A DNA stretch of 62,592 bases, the filler included, from Dugesia japonica (lineage: Eukaryota), in the NCBI GenBank assembly GCA_001938525.1. It is 6 parts of 6 records of this genome, joined end to end, with 100 filler letters (N's around TTAATTAATTAA, not from the genome) between each part and the next. Parts side by side here need not be neighbours in the genome. Positions count along the whole stretch, not along the records: positions 31,155 to 42,526 come from MQRL01554059.1; positions 42,627 to 52,778 come from MQRL01621619.1; positions 52,879 to 62,592 come from MQRL01385410.1; 3 more parts are not named here. One strand, given 5' to 3'. Below, piece by piece: positions 40,003 to 60,660 of the stretch. The translations under genes and the position numbers were made by a program. Under the pieces are notes generated by a model. It made no database searches, was not told the DNA's origin, and worked only from the letters and a program-made list of their open reading frames with translations. Within the stretch, counting starts at the first letter, position 1, and each line of letters starts with the position of its first letter.

Positions 40003-40568
40003 TATTAATTAATCATATTAGCATTTTTATAAATCTTGTTTAAATTTATTGTTGGCGATAAATGTAAGCTTAATAAATTTCAAAATTAAATAACATCAAA
40101 TAAATGAAAATTACAAATGAAAATTAAGTTAAAATTTTATATTCAACTTAATTTAAATTTTTATAACAAACTGCAAATTGACTTGATTTAGAAATTTATA
40201 AAACGTATTAATCAGAACCATGTAAATAATTATTTATTAATTGAAATTACAACACTTCATATAAAACTAAATAAATTCAAAATTAATCAAAGAACATTTA
40301 TTGATTATTACACAGTTTGATAGTTTTTATTTTCCATATTGCGCTAATACTGTCAAATGTTCTGTACTCTTTGATTGCAACTGTTATCGAATATTCATTA
40401 TTATTATCACATGTAGTTTTATCTGATTATTTTGAAATGATAAAAGAAATATCACTTATTTGTAATAACTTATAAATCCTTAAAAAGAGATTATTGATTA
40501 TTGTTTCATCGTTTTAACCTATTTCAGATAATCATTTATTATACAGACATGTTTTCATCCTAAATCAA

Positions 40569-40633
<65 letters not shown>

Positions 40634-40694
40634 NNNNNNNNNNNNNNNNNNNNNNNNNNNNNNNNNNNNNNNNNNNNNNNNNNNNNNNNNNNNN

Positions 40695-40748
<54 letters not shown>

Positions 40749-40778
40749 TAATAATAATACTTATAATAGTAAAAATAT

Positions 40779-42465
40779 TGTTGGGGTCCCATTTGAGTGG
40801 ATATTAAAATTTGTGACTGGGAGATCAGTCCTCAGTGGAACCCCGCTAAGAATTTGATCTAAAGTCCTTTTGTTAGATTTTCGGAATGTAGCCCATAGCT
40901 CGAGTGCTTGCTCGCATTTCTTTGGTTTTGGTTTTTACCTTGCCCTACTTAAATCCTATGAGAGACAAGAAAAATGAGTGACACAATACATTTATTTTTA
41001 GGATACAATTTTAAGGTATTGGTAGATTCGTGGTGAAGTTGAATGCTGCCTCTTCATCTTGAGAGTCCCATTACTCAACCGTCATAGCACTATGCCAAGT
41101 AGTTAAATCTACGAGACAACTCTTCTACTTTGGCTAAAGGTTCAGAAATGTGATAATATTTTCTACTCCCGGACCTTGGCTAAGCTGCCACAATATAGAC
41201 AAATAAAACACCCAATTTGAGTGTGATAAGAATTCTCTGTGGTGATGATCCAATTATGCTCTATTTTTCCAGTGCGATAGTAGATTAAACTATGGAGATT
41301 CTGGTTATATTATAGCTCTTAAATTTATGTTGGTAACTTTCCACGGCATGCCAATGAGGGCGAATTGAAAAATTATCTGACTAATATTTCTGTTAGCCGC
41401 GTGGCAGTAATAATTTCACTGAGGGGACTGAAAGTGTATCAGGGATGAATTATTTAACAATGAGATTGATGCTTTATTACGGAGATAATAGATCGACTAT
41501 GTCCATGAGTAAAGGTAGCGACGAATAATGAGCCCATTGCTGGGTGGAAGAGATTGGGTTTATAATATTTGTCAATTTATTATTAATAATAATTTACTAA
41601 AATTTCAAAATAACAATTTCAAAATCCACACATATATTAAAATAACATGATTACTAAAATGTACAACAATATTTACTTGTTTGGTTGAATCTGCGACGGT
41701 TTAAATTACGTAATTAAATTGCCCAAAGAAATTCGTAAGTACTATGATACAGCTAATAAATAAGATTTTTGATAATAATTTCTTCAAAGTTTAGGAGGTT
41801 TATATACCGTTTTGATTGCACCTCGACTTGTTTAAAATTTGTCGTTTATTTTTACATTTTTTCTTGGCTCTTTGATTGGTTCCTTGCCTTTAAAATTTGA
41901 ATTTTGTATCGCTTTTTTTGTATTTTGGTGGTTATTTTCAGTAACCACCTGATTTTTATTTCAATGTCTTACGTCTTTTTTCTGATCACTGGTTGGTCTT
42001 ATCTTCAAAAATCTTTCTTGGTTTCTATGAAGGTTTCTTGTTTTCAACACTAATAAATTTCAATTGCTTTTGTTGAATTCTGATTAATTTTTCTTATCCT
42101 ATCATTTTCTGATTATTTGGAGCGAAGTTATCTGTCTTTTACCATTTTTTTGCTAATTGACCTTCTTTATTTTGTACTAATTAATTAAAATTTTCTTTAT
42201 TTTTCCTAATTTATTTTTATTTATTTTAAATAATTTTAATTCGTTTTCTGAATATTTTCTTAATTATAATCGACATATTTCCTTCTTCTCTCGGGTTTTT
42301 ATTATTTTTCTTATTTTACTCTTCCTGTCTTTATTATTTCTAATTCAATTAATTGTGATAATGGTTTATCTTAGTTATTTTAAAATAATCATTAATTGAT
42401 TACCATGCCCTCTGTTTGGAGTCCCTTCTTTACTTCATCTTCTTCTTAGGTATTTCACACCAACA
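40779..42465 (-). mobile_element. Solo long LTR (copy C, 1687 bp) in (AAT)n
   Basis: Reverse complement starts TGTTGGTGTGAAA and ends GGGACCCCAACA. Shares GAAAATCTAAC...TTAGA..AAATTCTT with copies A and B. Has TATA/CCAAT and remnant WDSQDEEAAFNFTT. Confidence 0.8.
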
Positions 42466-42476
42466 ATAATAATAAC

Positions 42477-42526
<50 letters not shown>

Positions 42527-44879
42527 NNNNNNNNNNNNNNNNNNNNNNNNNNNNNNNNNNNNNNNNNNNNTTAATTAATTAANNNNNNNNNNNNNNNNNN
42601 NNNNNNNNNNNNNNNNNNNNNNNNNNTACTCGCGCACCCTGTATATATATAAACTTTCATTTTATTTTGAAATAAATGTTGCTAATGAAATGAAATTAAT
42701 AAATATTATGCTGTTATTGTAACAGATTTATTATCAACTGCGCGTTTTTGTTCGTATCTGTTAACTTAATAAACTGAAATAACACGAGATAACATTGGAT
42801 TATAATAAATATTAGGTATTCGCTTCATCATTCATTAAAGATAACAGATGAGAGTATAATCAAAATTTTAGTACCTGTCAAAATGCATGACGTGAAATAA
42901 TTTGTAAAATTAAGATCCACATTTATTACATGTAACAATATTTCACTAAAAACATAATTACAACGAATATAATTGAAATAGATTATTCTCAATGTAATTG
43001 AATATCACAATGTGAAAAATACTTAATAATAAATACTATTGGAATTCGTTTGCTCAGATCATTATCAGAGTATACAAATTTACGTTTAAATAAATGTGAT
43101 TAACATGATTGGTGTTCGTCATTCAATAAACTAGCAACCTGTGGACTCGTTTTTCAATTTTATATATCTTTTGAAATTATAATTTGCAATTCGAAACCTT
43201 TATTATTCGATGAACTTTGTGAAGGATTGCAAACCCAGAAATTAATTAATTTATTTGTAAACTTTACTCATTTGATGACATTCTTAATGAAGTATTATGT
43301 TTCTTTTGTTTTCATATTTTCATTTGAGTTCTTTTTTGATTTGTTTATTTTACACTTAATTTTGTTATATTTTAAAAAATCTCAAATAAAGCAAAAGAAA
43401 AAAAAGAAAATCCACCCAATTGAATCTTATCTTCTTTTTGATTAGGATAATTTTTTAATAGCTCTGTACACCAGGCAGGTTGCTGATTTCTGCTATAGAG
43501 AAACATATAGTTTTCATTTTGCAAATATTAATGATCTCTACAATTTCATACTATTTATAAACATTAAAAACTATATAACAAGATAATGTAAAAAAATTTA
43601 TTTTCAGATCATCTCCGGAAAATCCAAAGTAGTCGATCGTATCAATATGTTTATAGGTTATGTTCTATAAATTTAAATTTACAATCAACCATAAAAAAAT
43701 TTCAAAACAGACTGATTTCTTTAATAAAAAAATTGTTGTTAAATCTAGAATATTTTAAAATAAAGAATTTTAAAATTTGAGATTTTTATTATTTTTTCAC
43801 GTATGTAATATACAATTTTATATTTCTGATAATTTTGGATATTACAACCATTTATACAAACCCTATTAACCCTCAACCGACTGAAAGATATTTTTAACAC
43901 ATCTTGCTTACAAGTGTCCAATGGACATATAAGAGATTTTGTGACAAATCCCAAAAAAATACATTTTTATTTATTTATTTTATTAGTATTCTTGGCTATT
44001 TTGGAAACAAGATTCAAAGTATAATTGGTGGATTAAAATTTTTCAGCAATATACCATTTCAAAATTCTTCAGATATTAAATGAAATAAAAAATTTAACAA
44101 AAAATAGAAAACCAAGAAAAGATAATAATTAATTTATTTAAAAAATAATATGCTTTTAAATTTTATCAAAAAAATTTTAATTTTCATCATTTTAATCAAC
44201 TTTCTTTATAAAATATGGCATATGCAACATATAATATGTAATGTAATTTGTAACACAATATTAATAATCGGTGAATTGATGAATGTCTGGAAAGAATACA
44301 GTGGTAATCAAAATAGAAAACTGTTATGAACTATCTACTTTATTACAATTGTAGTCAAATTCATAGTGAATCCGGCTATTAGTAACGAATTACATATTTA
44401 TTTCTATGACTAATGACTTAAATCATAAAGCTAATCCGTAAATAAGAAACTATTATTTAATATTTCTAAGTAATTTGTTATTTCAGCTGCACAACTGAAA
44501 ATTTCATTGAATAAATTTATAATTTACATGCACTGAAATAAGTAAAAAATATTAAGATTTGTATTGTACGGTACTCATTCAAAGAAATGACATTTTATGT
44601 TAATTGACTGATGTAACATTTTTCTTAGAATTGTATTTTGATTCGTATATTTTTCTATTGATATATNTATAATTATGTAATTATAAGTGTAAATTGTAGT
44701 ATTTCATACATTAAAATAATAAAAATAAAATAATTATTGAAATATTAGTTTAAATCGAAGCCTTTAAAGACGTTTTTACTAAGAATTTATGTTACTTTTT
44801 TCTCAATTTTTATTCAAGGACCAGCTTTTATCATAAATATTATTATTCAGGAAATCTAAAAGTTTCCCACTATTTAAAA

Positions 44880-45192
44880 CAGCGGTGGCAACCTATATGT
44901 GGAGACAAGCTGCGTTTTGTAGAAAAAATAATAATAATCGCGTTGCATGCCACCGGGGTTTCGATGGATCGGGAAGTTAGAAAACAATTAAAATACAATA
45001 TTTAAAATAAAATTATTCTTAAAGTAAAGTTTATTTTAATAGTCGTAATAGAAAATTGTATAAGTCATATTACATGCTTAAAATTCATTTTGAAAATCAA
45101 AATGAATAATGAAAATTGTATTCAAAATTGAAAGTAAAAATGTTAATTCAAATTAAAAATGAAATTCGTGTTATACATGTTGCCGACCGCAT
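44880..45192. mobile_element. hAT/Charlie-like MITE
   Basis: CAGCGGTGGCAACC ... GTTGCCGACCGC, with flanks ATTTAAAA / ATCTAGAA. Confidence 0.55.
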
Positions 45193-45769
45193 ATCTAGAA
45201 TATGCTAATTTATTTAATTCGAAAAATTCTTAACTTTTAATTATTTAGTAATAAGCAAAATCAAAACCATTAAAGATGACAATTTTCAAAAATTCGAATT
45301 ACTACNAACAAAAAAATCATTTTGATCGAAGGTTTTTTATTTAATGAAACTTTATAAATATGATCAATGATTAAGTCCAACAATTATTCCCGCAATAATA
45401 GTAAATGAGTCAGATATAATTAAAATATAATAAATAACTTATGCTAAATAGGTGACATAAAATATGATTTATCTCTAAACTATTTGGTTGGTCGGAAAGT
45501 AATTTCATTTTTTTCAAGTGTATATTTTCTTCCTATTTTAAGGCGCATTAAATATCGTTTAAAATTATTATATCAATACCCATTTTAACAATTGATATTT
45601 TTAGTATGATTTATTTNNAAAAAATTGTTTTAATGTATCAAACATTCTTTTAGGTGGCACATTTGAAATGAATGTTGTGAAGTTGCGTTTTAGACATTAT
45701 TATTTTATTACTAAAAGTTAAAAATGAGATTCAATCGAGAAAGAAATTGTGTGATGTCATTGGAAAAGA

Positions 45770-47060
45770 TATACTAACAAAACGCCAATGCCAAAACTGG
45801 TACAAAAAATTTCTCCACTGCTCNAAAATACCTCAACAAATACATAACAATGGAGATTTTCCTACCTTCAGCTAGTACTCTTCGCTCATAACTGTAATCA
45901 ATGCTCCTGAATCCCATAACATTTCCGATTTCACTCCATTCACATCCACTTTCTTCCGTCTTCATCATTTCGATTCGGCCTATACCTTTTTAAACTAACT
46001 TCACTGATAAAATGTATGCAATGGAGTTGTTCTGGTTTATAACTTTGATAATATAATGTATTGCAAAACCTTAACGTCTTCAGTTTGTACCTCTTGTTTC
46101 TCTTGGATGCATTAGATTTTCTGCTATTAGATCGACCTTTCATAAGATAACATTGCCGGAAATTGTGCCCAGGTTTCTCGTATATCAAAAATTGGTCTTT
46201 TAATAGACGTTGATAACGCATATGTCCATGTTCTCCGCAACAATAACATTGTTCTTCTCGTAATTTTTCTTTTTGTGACTCTGGTAATCTTCTACATCTA
46301 TTAAAATAACATTTTGCAAGCTGCTTCATCGAAACTGTCGGTTTTCTACGTATATCCTATGTTCTGTTCTCTGAAATCACCGGCTGTGACATCCCCTCAT
46401 TGTATTTTTCTCTGATACGTTGACATTTCTGCACTTGGTTTTTCATATCTTACATTATTGCTTTTAAACTAATTGACGGCTGNNNNNNNNNNNNNNNNNN
46501 NNNNNNNNNNNNNNNNNNNNNNNNNNNNNNNNNNNNNNNNNNNNNNNNNNNNNNNNNNNNNNNNNNTTTTGCCAAAGATCTCGTCTCGGCAACTTTAATG
46601 TCTGGTCTCGTTGTAAGCGTCTCTCACAAATTTTGATTTTTTACCTTTTTTGTCAGCAAATCATTTACGATTTCGTTATTACTTAAACCTGAATTTAGTA
46701 CACAGTTAACTAAATTCCTTACTCGTATCTCAAACGTTGCAAATCTCTTGTCTGACTTTTGCGAGCACCATAATCATTTCCGTTATAGATTTTTTTTATT
46801 GTAAAAGCGTCTACAAACCACTTTTTGGCATCTTATTTCAATATTCCGCCCCACTTAAAATTTTTCCATGAAACTCCGGCTTCCTCTGAAAACAAGAGAT
46901 AAAAATTCCCATTAAGCTTAAATCATTCAAAATGTGCCATTCTTCGATTTTTCTTTTGATAAGCTCTTGAGACTTCTTAGACAAGACTTCTAAAATTAAC
47001 TTTCTTTGTTGTTGGCGTGTCACAACATTAACATTTTCGGCGTGGTCGCCAGTTACGTTA
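45770..47060 (-). mobile_element. Degenerate gypsy gag region
   Basis: PBS-like TGGCGACCACG at 47051-47041. Zinc-knuckle remnants CYCCGEHGH and EKPGHNFRQC. Confidence 0.65.
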
Positions 47061-47382
47061 GTTTCACAATCTGACTTCATTAAATTCAATATTTATTATA
47101 AAATCAAAATTACACAATTTTTATATAATATTTTAACAAATGTTAATCACTGTAACTGTATTAATTGTAATAATGAATCAAGAATGATTTTGATTTGTAA
47201 ATTGTATTTGTATAAAGCATTATTATTATAAATTTTAAAATATTTCTTAATATAATATAATTTTTATTAGAAATCTGAGCAGACCTCAATGAAATCTATA
47301 ATGGATAGTTTATTTTAGAAACCAGAAAATTGCGATTTATTCAATTATAGAAAATTCTAAGAAAGAATTAATCCAAAATTAC

Positions 47383-47750
47383 TTATCTGCCCCCACTGTA
47401 GCTGACATGAGAATAACTTTTGTTCTTGTATCATGCATCAATAAATCTTTCACTGCAGACAACAAAAGATCCATATCAACATCTCTTTCGTTTACTTCAT
47501 CAAGAATAATATGCGTATAATCCGTGAGTGTTTGGTTGTGAAGTAATTGTTCTAACAAAATCCCAGTTGTTACAAACGTTATAATGGTTTCATTGCTGCA
47601 TTTTCTATCCAATCTAGCTTGATAACAAACATAGGATCCAACCTCCCAACCACGTTCCGATACAACATACACAGCTACACTAATAGCGGCTATCCTTCGC
47701 GGTTGAGTTACAACTATATTAACCGATTCTTCTTTTGCAAATGCATCGAC
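47383..47750 (-). pseudogene. TDRD9: TDRD9/spindle-E-like DExH helicase exon (motifs Ia-III), apparently orphaned
   Basis: NIVVTQPRRIAA...ERGWEVGS...TTGILL...NQTLTDYTHIILDEVNERD.DMD.LL...KVILMSAT. GT donor at 47382. The upstream side abuts a mariner fragment. Confidence 0.65.
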
Positions 47751-47759
47751 ACTGACATA

Positions 47760-47855
47760 AAGTAATGTTGTGCATTTGAAGGGACAAAACAGGTGTCATC
47801 TACTATGAATTACTTTCAAGAAATATAATCATCACTGCCAGTATTTATTGTCAAC
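47760..47855 (+). mobile_element. Mariner transposase fragment
   Basis: KVMLCI*RDKTGVIYYELL...ITASIYCQ. Confidence 0.65.
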
Positions 47856-49207
47856 CACTCCGTCGTATTGAAGCCGCAATTAAAGAAATAAAATCGAAAA
47901 GTAATCATAAAATAATTTTGCAGCACGATAACACTCGTGCTCGTACAGTTAACTTCGCAAAGACGGATCTTGATTGGGAGGTGGGTAATTTGAGATCCGC
48001 CGTACTCTTTAGTTCTCGCTCCATTACATTTTCATCTGTTTCGATCTCTAGCTAACAATATTCAAGAAATTTTCTCTAATTACGACGTAACGCTTCNAAA
48101 TTTGCTTGGTAACTTCTTTATTTCCAAACGAAAGGATTTTTTTAGTCATGTTATCGAAAAAGAATTGTAAATAATGAGGTGGCATAATTTCTGAGTAGTA
48201 ATTTTGTTTTTTTATAAATCAATAAATTCCTAATTCAAATTAAACGCTACGGATTTATGCATCAACCTATTACATATAAGACATGCGTATTGTGTAAAAC
48301 AATTGGTGGTAGTTGTATTATTTGAATATAAAACGATTTAATCGTACCTACTAAAAAGAAAACAAAATATTCTTAGTCAAATTTTCTATATTTTCAAACA
48401 GAAAATTAAATAATTATTCTTAAAAAGAGAACTTCATTATATTAAAAACTGAAACCAACAAGAACACAATAAAACTAATATAAATGAATTAAATCAATTT
48501 GAAACCGGTTATCTATTGTATCTAATGATTAGTCCCTGAAGATTACTGTCGAAAATTCAAATAACTAACTGTGGAAATTAATTAAAATAGTTAAAATTTT
48601 TTTGTAGTTCGACTTAATAAATAATTAAATTAAAAATTTGATTAATTTTATTAATTTAATTCAATAATTAAATACAATTAAAATTTTGATTAATTTAATA
48701 ATGAACTAAAATAATTAAATAAATCATTAAATAAATAAAATTAAAAATTTGATTAATTTGAAAATATTTTCAAAATTCAAAAAAAACAAATTTTGATCTA
48801 AGCTTTTTTTTAATAAAATCTAAAAAACCATCAATGGTTACGTCCAACAATTATTCTCGCAATAATTGCAAATGTAAAATTGATTAATTTAATTCAATAA
48901 TTAAATAATTCATTTAATATTGAACTAAAATAATTAAATAAATGAACAAAATTAAAATTTGATTAATTTAACTTAATAATTAATTTAATAATTAACTAAA
49001 ATAATGAAATAAATCATTTAATAAATGAATAAATAAAATTAAAAAGTTGACAAATTTAATTTAATAATTAAATAAATAATTTAATAAAATTGAATATTTA
49101 TAAATTTGACGAATTTAATGCAAATGCTATCAGAAAAGAGACAAAAAATTTTAAGACATTTAAGTCATTTTTGGTGATCTCTGGAATATCTGCGTTCTTT
49201 GTATTTT

Positions 49208-49400
49208 TCAAATTACAATATCAATGACATTTTCAGATCCTTCAATGTGAATTGATCCAAATAGGTTTGTTACATCCAATGAACCAAATTTATCATCATT
49301 CTTCCAGTCATAATTTTTAATTCGTTCGATAAACTCGTAACTATTCTTAAAATGTGTCGGAATGAAACTTAATAGTGATTTTAATATATCTTCCATTAGT
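49208..49400 (-). mobile_element. Penelope-like RT fragment
   Basis: KNSYEFIERIK...FGSLDVTNLFGSI. Flanked by pLTR-type repeat copies at ~48790 and ~49540. Confidence 0.7.
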
Positions 49401-49997
49401 TTCCGTATAGCATAATAATTAAATAATTAAAATTTGAAATAATTAAAATTAACCAATTAAAATTCAATAAAATAAATTAACCAATTAAAATACAAAAAAA
49501 TATTTCTATTAANNNNNNNNNNNNNNNNNNNNNNNAAAAGTCAATTCATGACGAAGACAAAGTCGAAAATTCAAAATACTTTCAAGAAATAAAAAAAATT
49601 TGATCGAAGCTTTTATTTTAATTTAATTTTTTAAATAATTTAAATAAATATATTAAAAAAAATAATTGAAAATTTTTGCAAGATGTTTAAAAATTAAAAA
49701 ATTAGATAAAATGAATTTAAATTAAATTTTACAAAATTTAATGTTTAGATACAAAATAAAAATTTTTAAAATTATTTAAATCAAATATTCTTTTAACTTC
49801 AACGATTAGTGTCTTACACTCATTTAGCACTAACAAAATATAAAGAATATTAAACACTTGAATCTTGCTTTTTTAATTTTATTGAGATCAATAACAATAA
49901 TTCCCAAATGAATTTAATTTAATTTTATAAGATGTAATGACAAATTCAATTAATTAATTTTGTAATATAATTTCAATAAATTCAACTAAATACCAAC

Positions 49998-50429
49998 CAA
50001 AACTATAACTTTCGCGTTTGGTTGCTTCTCGTGAATCAAATCGACAATTGCGCTGATGCCATCCACNNNNNNNNNNNNNNNNNNNNNNNNNNNNNNNNNN
50101 NNNNNNNNNNNNNNNNNNNNNNNNNNNNNNNNNNNNTCTAACTCTCCATTTTCAATTCTCCATAAAATATGACTTGTATTATCTTCATATATTCCAAAAT
50201 TTAGACAATGAAGTGGTTCGAGGAATTTTTTATAAGGAGCTGAGAATTCCATACATTTTATAATTGAATCTCCAATAAGTACAACATCTGGCTCCCTTTC
50301 TCGCGTTTGACATAAGAATCTTGTATGCTAAAATATACATTCAATTAATGTCACAAAATGTAAATTTATTACTTGACTAATCCATCTACCATCTCCTTCG
50401 AGATCATCTGGTTGTGAAGATGTAGTCAT
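49998..50429 (-). CDS. PAFAH1B2: PAF-acetylhydrolase IB alpha subunit (SGNH), exon 1 50429-50373 and exon 2 50327-~49998; 3' exons not seen
   Basis: DLEGDGRWISQ|HTRF...EPDVVLIGDS...PLHCLNFGI..D.T.HILWRIENGEL...GISAIVDLIHEKQPNAKVIVL. 44-nt intron. 1B2 versus 1B3 cannot be resolved. Confidence 0.85.
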
Positions 50430-52945
50430 TATTTTCTAAAAAATTATTACTATAAAACATCAAGATTTATTTAATTGAAAGAATTTTCTCTATAAAGTTA
50501 ATTTGGATTTCACTATTTCAAAATTATAATTATAAAATGATATTTTTAGTAATATTAAAATTTACATTTTTAAAATAGTAACAAAAATGTGGAACTTTTA
50601 AACACACACAAACCTTTTATTTTGAAATAGTACTTGTACGAATTCAATTTGAATGCATTTGGATGAATTTTCTTCTAGAATTAGAAATCTATAAAATACT
50701 TCTATTGAAAGCTTGAATTTTTACATAAAACTATAATTATGCCTGTAATACAAATTAATTTTATAATAGTTTAAACATGTATTGGCATTTTAAAGATTGA
50801 ATTGATTAGAATCTTATGAAATACAAAAATTGAGTATAATATTTTACCATAATTATCAAATATCTCTTAATAAGTTTAATTCTATTTCTGTGTGACATTT
50901 GTCAGAAGGTCTTGAATTAAAAGTTTTGAGGAAAATGATTAGTCACTGGTAATCTTATGAAAAAAATACATTACAAATTGTTCAAGGAATTTTTTTACTT
51001 CAATTCTGCACAGCTCTCGTTGTGCAGGGGAAAAGTTAGTATACTCGATCTTTTATCTAATAATATGTTTAGTTATAACGCATCAGTATGATAACCAATA
51101 AAAGAAATGAAAAGAAATAGAGTAATAAATATTGTAGAGATCAATAGAACTTCATGACAATTAAATACCAAGTATAAGTGGCGCACAATTAAAACAATGG
51201 AATAATAGTGAAGTAGCTTTCGCCGCGAGTGCATGTTTTCACTCCTTTTTCTGGACTCTTATTTTAAGATACTCGCTTTGGTTATTCTTATGGTTTATAG
51301 TAATTTATTTCCAATATACCAAGAATGTGTTGCATTTTGAGTTCTTTTTTACTTTCGATACTTATACTTGCAACTCCTTATAACTATTATATCAAGGATC
51401 TAATGTACTAAGATGCAGCCCTGATGTTCTGCTGGTTCTTCTAAGAATACCTTTAACTGCGAATTTACAGACTTTGATTACCCAACTCAAACTTTTGCTC
51501 ACACTGCTATGCATTTATACTTGCAATTGTGCAATCCTTAATCTGATGATTATCTACAGGAGTAACCATTCAAACCTGACTACGAATTCTACTTCCAATT
51601 ACCCATGCCAACTCATACAAGTATGCAATAGATCTCTATCAATATAACAGTGATCACTCTACCAACGATTACTTCATCAAAAGTGGTTGCTTGACCTCTC
51701 ATTAGCCATTCATACATCAATAATGTTAGTCATTCAGTCTATTAACCTTAAAAATTGTTTCAAATCTGCTTGAGGTTTTTCATAACTGAACAACTGCAAC
51801 TGGATTGTATACTACCCAATTAAGCGTTACCACTCAATTACAATTGAAATTGCAAATTATCCGCAGTGTCTGTTGCAACTCAGTACAATCTTTCTAACAA
51901 CATAATTAGTAAGATGTGGCGGAGCTTTGCTATCTACAAGTAGTTTAGCGTTTGATAAATTTTAATCATCGCATTAATTAAATGTTAATATTAACCCATT
52001 AATTCTTAACATTGTAATAACATGGTTATTAAAAATTTAGGATATGCTAATAATTTTAAGTGTTATCAAATATCAAATGTATAAAATCATACATACGTAT
52101 TAGTCAATTAATAAAATAATGAAAGTTCATAAAAACATTAGATTTGAAGCCAATCTAATCAGAAACCTCCTAAACATTTAAGAATTATTTTTTTTAATTC
52201 TTGTAGTGAAACCAATTCTAAATTGAGAATTTTATTTGCTTTTTATAATATCTAATAGCCATATTTCTGGTTAAGTTATGACTTTTTAAATTGATATCGT
52301 GATTCCAAAGATTTTTTCCATTCAAAATTTTCGTTTTTTAAAATTTTCTCTCAAGGAAATTCTTACTTTTTTCACAGTGTAATTTTCACTTGAAATTAAT
52401 TCCATTTCTATATAAAATCTTTAATTATGTTGGGCTGTTATTAAAACAGGCCAGTTATTAAAACGTATGGTTAAATAAAAATGAACTAACAAAGAGAAGA
52501 GATAATGATGCCAAGTATAAACGAAGTAATGAAGAAAATAGAGGTGGTAAAAGAAATGGTAAGAANTAAAATACAGGAACGACTCCATTAAAACGATAAA
52601 TTAAATGGAAATAGAATTAAATTAATGAGAAGCAGAGAAACAAATCAAAATAATATGAATAAAGAGACTGCTCTAATGATAAATTCCGTGTTTGAAGAAT
52701 GACAATAACTAATTAATGGAGACCAGATAGAAAAGGAGTAATAATTCAATAAATTAATGAACAAAAATTAATATCAGANNNNNNNNNNNNNNNNNNNNNN
52801 NNNNNNNNNNNNNNNNNNNNNNTTAATTAATTAANNNNNNNNNNNNNNNNNNNNNNNNNNNNNNNNNNNNNNNNNNNNTTTTAAATTTCATTAAAAGAAA
52901 TAGTTTTATTAAACTAATAAGGTATATTAAATGCAATATTTTTAG

Positions 52946-59812
<6,867 letters not shown>

Positions 59813-60239
59813 TAATTAAGTTGAATATTTTTATCAGTTTTATTAATTTTAAAATAATTATTGAATTTAATCATGAATCTTCGATACATTTTACAATAAA
59901 AGTCATAAAAAATAATGAAGAAAAAAAATTTTTAAACTAATGAATTTAAAAATTACTACGGTTATTCATAAAATCTTTTAAATGCCATTTCAATATATTT
60001 TTCAAAATATATTCAATATATATTCAATAAAACATGTGTCATTTTCAGATATAATATTTAATCCATTTAAAAGTTCTTAAATGTTATAATTCTGATTATG
60101 TAATCAACTACAATAAATCAAATTAATTAAAAGCATTCAATAAAAATTTAGAAAGACTTGTCTGAACATTTGTTTTTGGACCAATCAACCTAATTATCAA
60201 TACTTTACACATTACTCTTTATCAATAATCTTGAAAGTT

Positions 60240-60480
60240 TTTGTACAAAATTTCAAAATCTTTATACTGATAACTGATTTACAACTATAATATTATTCCC
60301 ATTACCAACTCGACGATGCTCCTGAATTCCTGTACAGAAATGACTTGAAGTCTCTCCAATGTATATGGCATTATACCTATTACACTCATATTTATAACCC
60401 AAATTAGAACACAATCCATGTGGTGTTTTAGACTTATTACTAAGTAAGTTAAAATCATAGTTATGATTTTATGACTGCGA
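60240..60480 (-). mobile_element. Penelope-like GIY-YIG remnant
   Basis: CSNLGYKYECNRYNAIYIGETSSHFCTGIQEHRR. Confidence 0.7.
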
Positions 60481-60612
60481 AACAACTTTAAAATTTTAAC
60501 AACTTAATTTTAAACGACTAATTATAATAAATATTAATAAAGATTATCGTTCGATCATTTAAAACTATTATTTTTATTAAAATAAAAGCTTCGATTAATT
60601 TTTTTTTGGATA

Positions 60613-60660
60613 TTGATAATATTTCGAATTTTTGACTTAGTCTTCGTCAGAAATTATCAA
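60613..60660 (-). ncRNA. Minimal type-I hammerhead ribozyme-like motif (Penelope pLTR), degenerate; inverted partner at 60740-60790 (+)
   Basis: Reverse complement TTGATAATTT-CTGACGA-AGAC-TAA-GTC-aAAA-ATTC-GAAATATTATCAA with a pairing stem I. The partner keeps GTCGAAAATTC. Confidence 0.6.

Noticed and set aside
40560-40792. Poly-L/I/Y/N ORFs (also 13067-13387, 21488-21673)
   Set aside because: These are translations of (AAT)n and N gaps.
48600-49100. Repeat-spacer-like AT-rich array (CRISPR-like?)
   Set aside because: It is a low-complexity degenerate minisatellite in eukaryotic DNA with no constant repeat or unique spacers.
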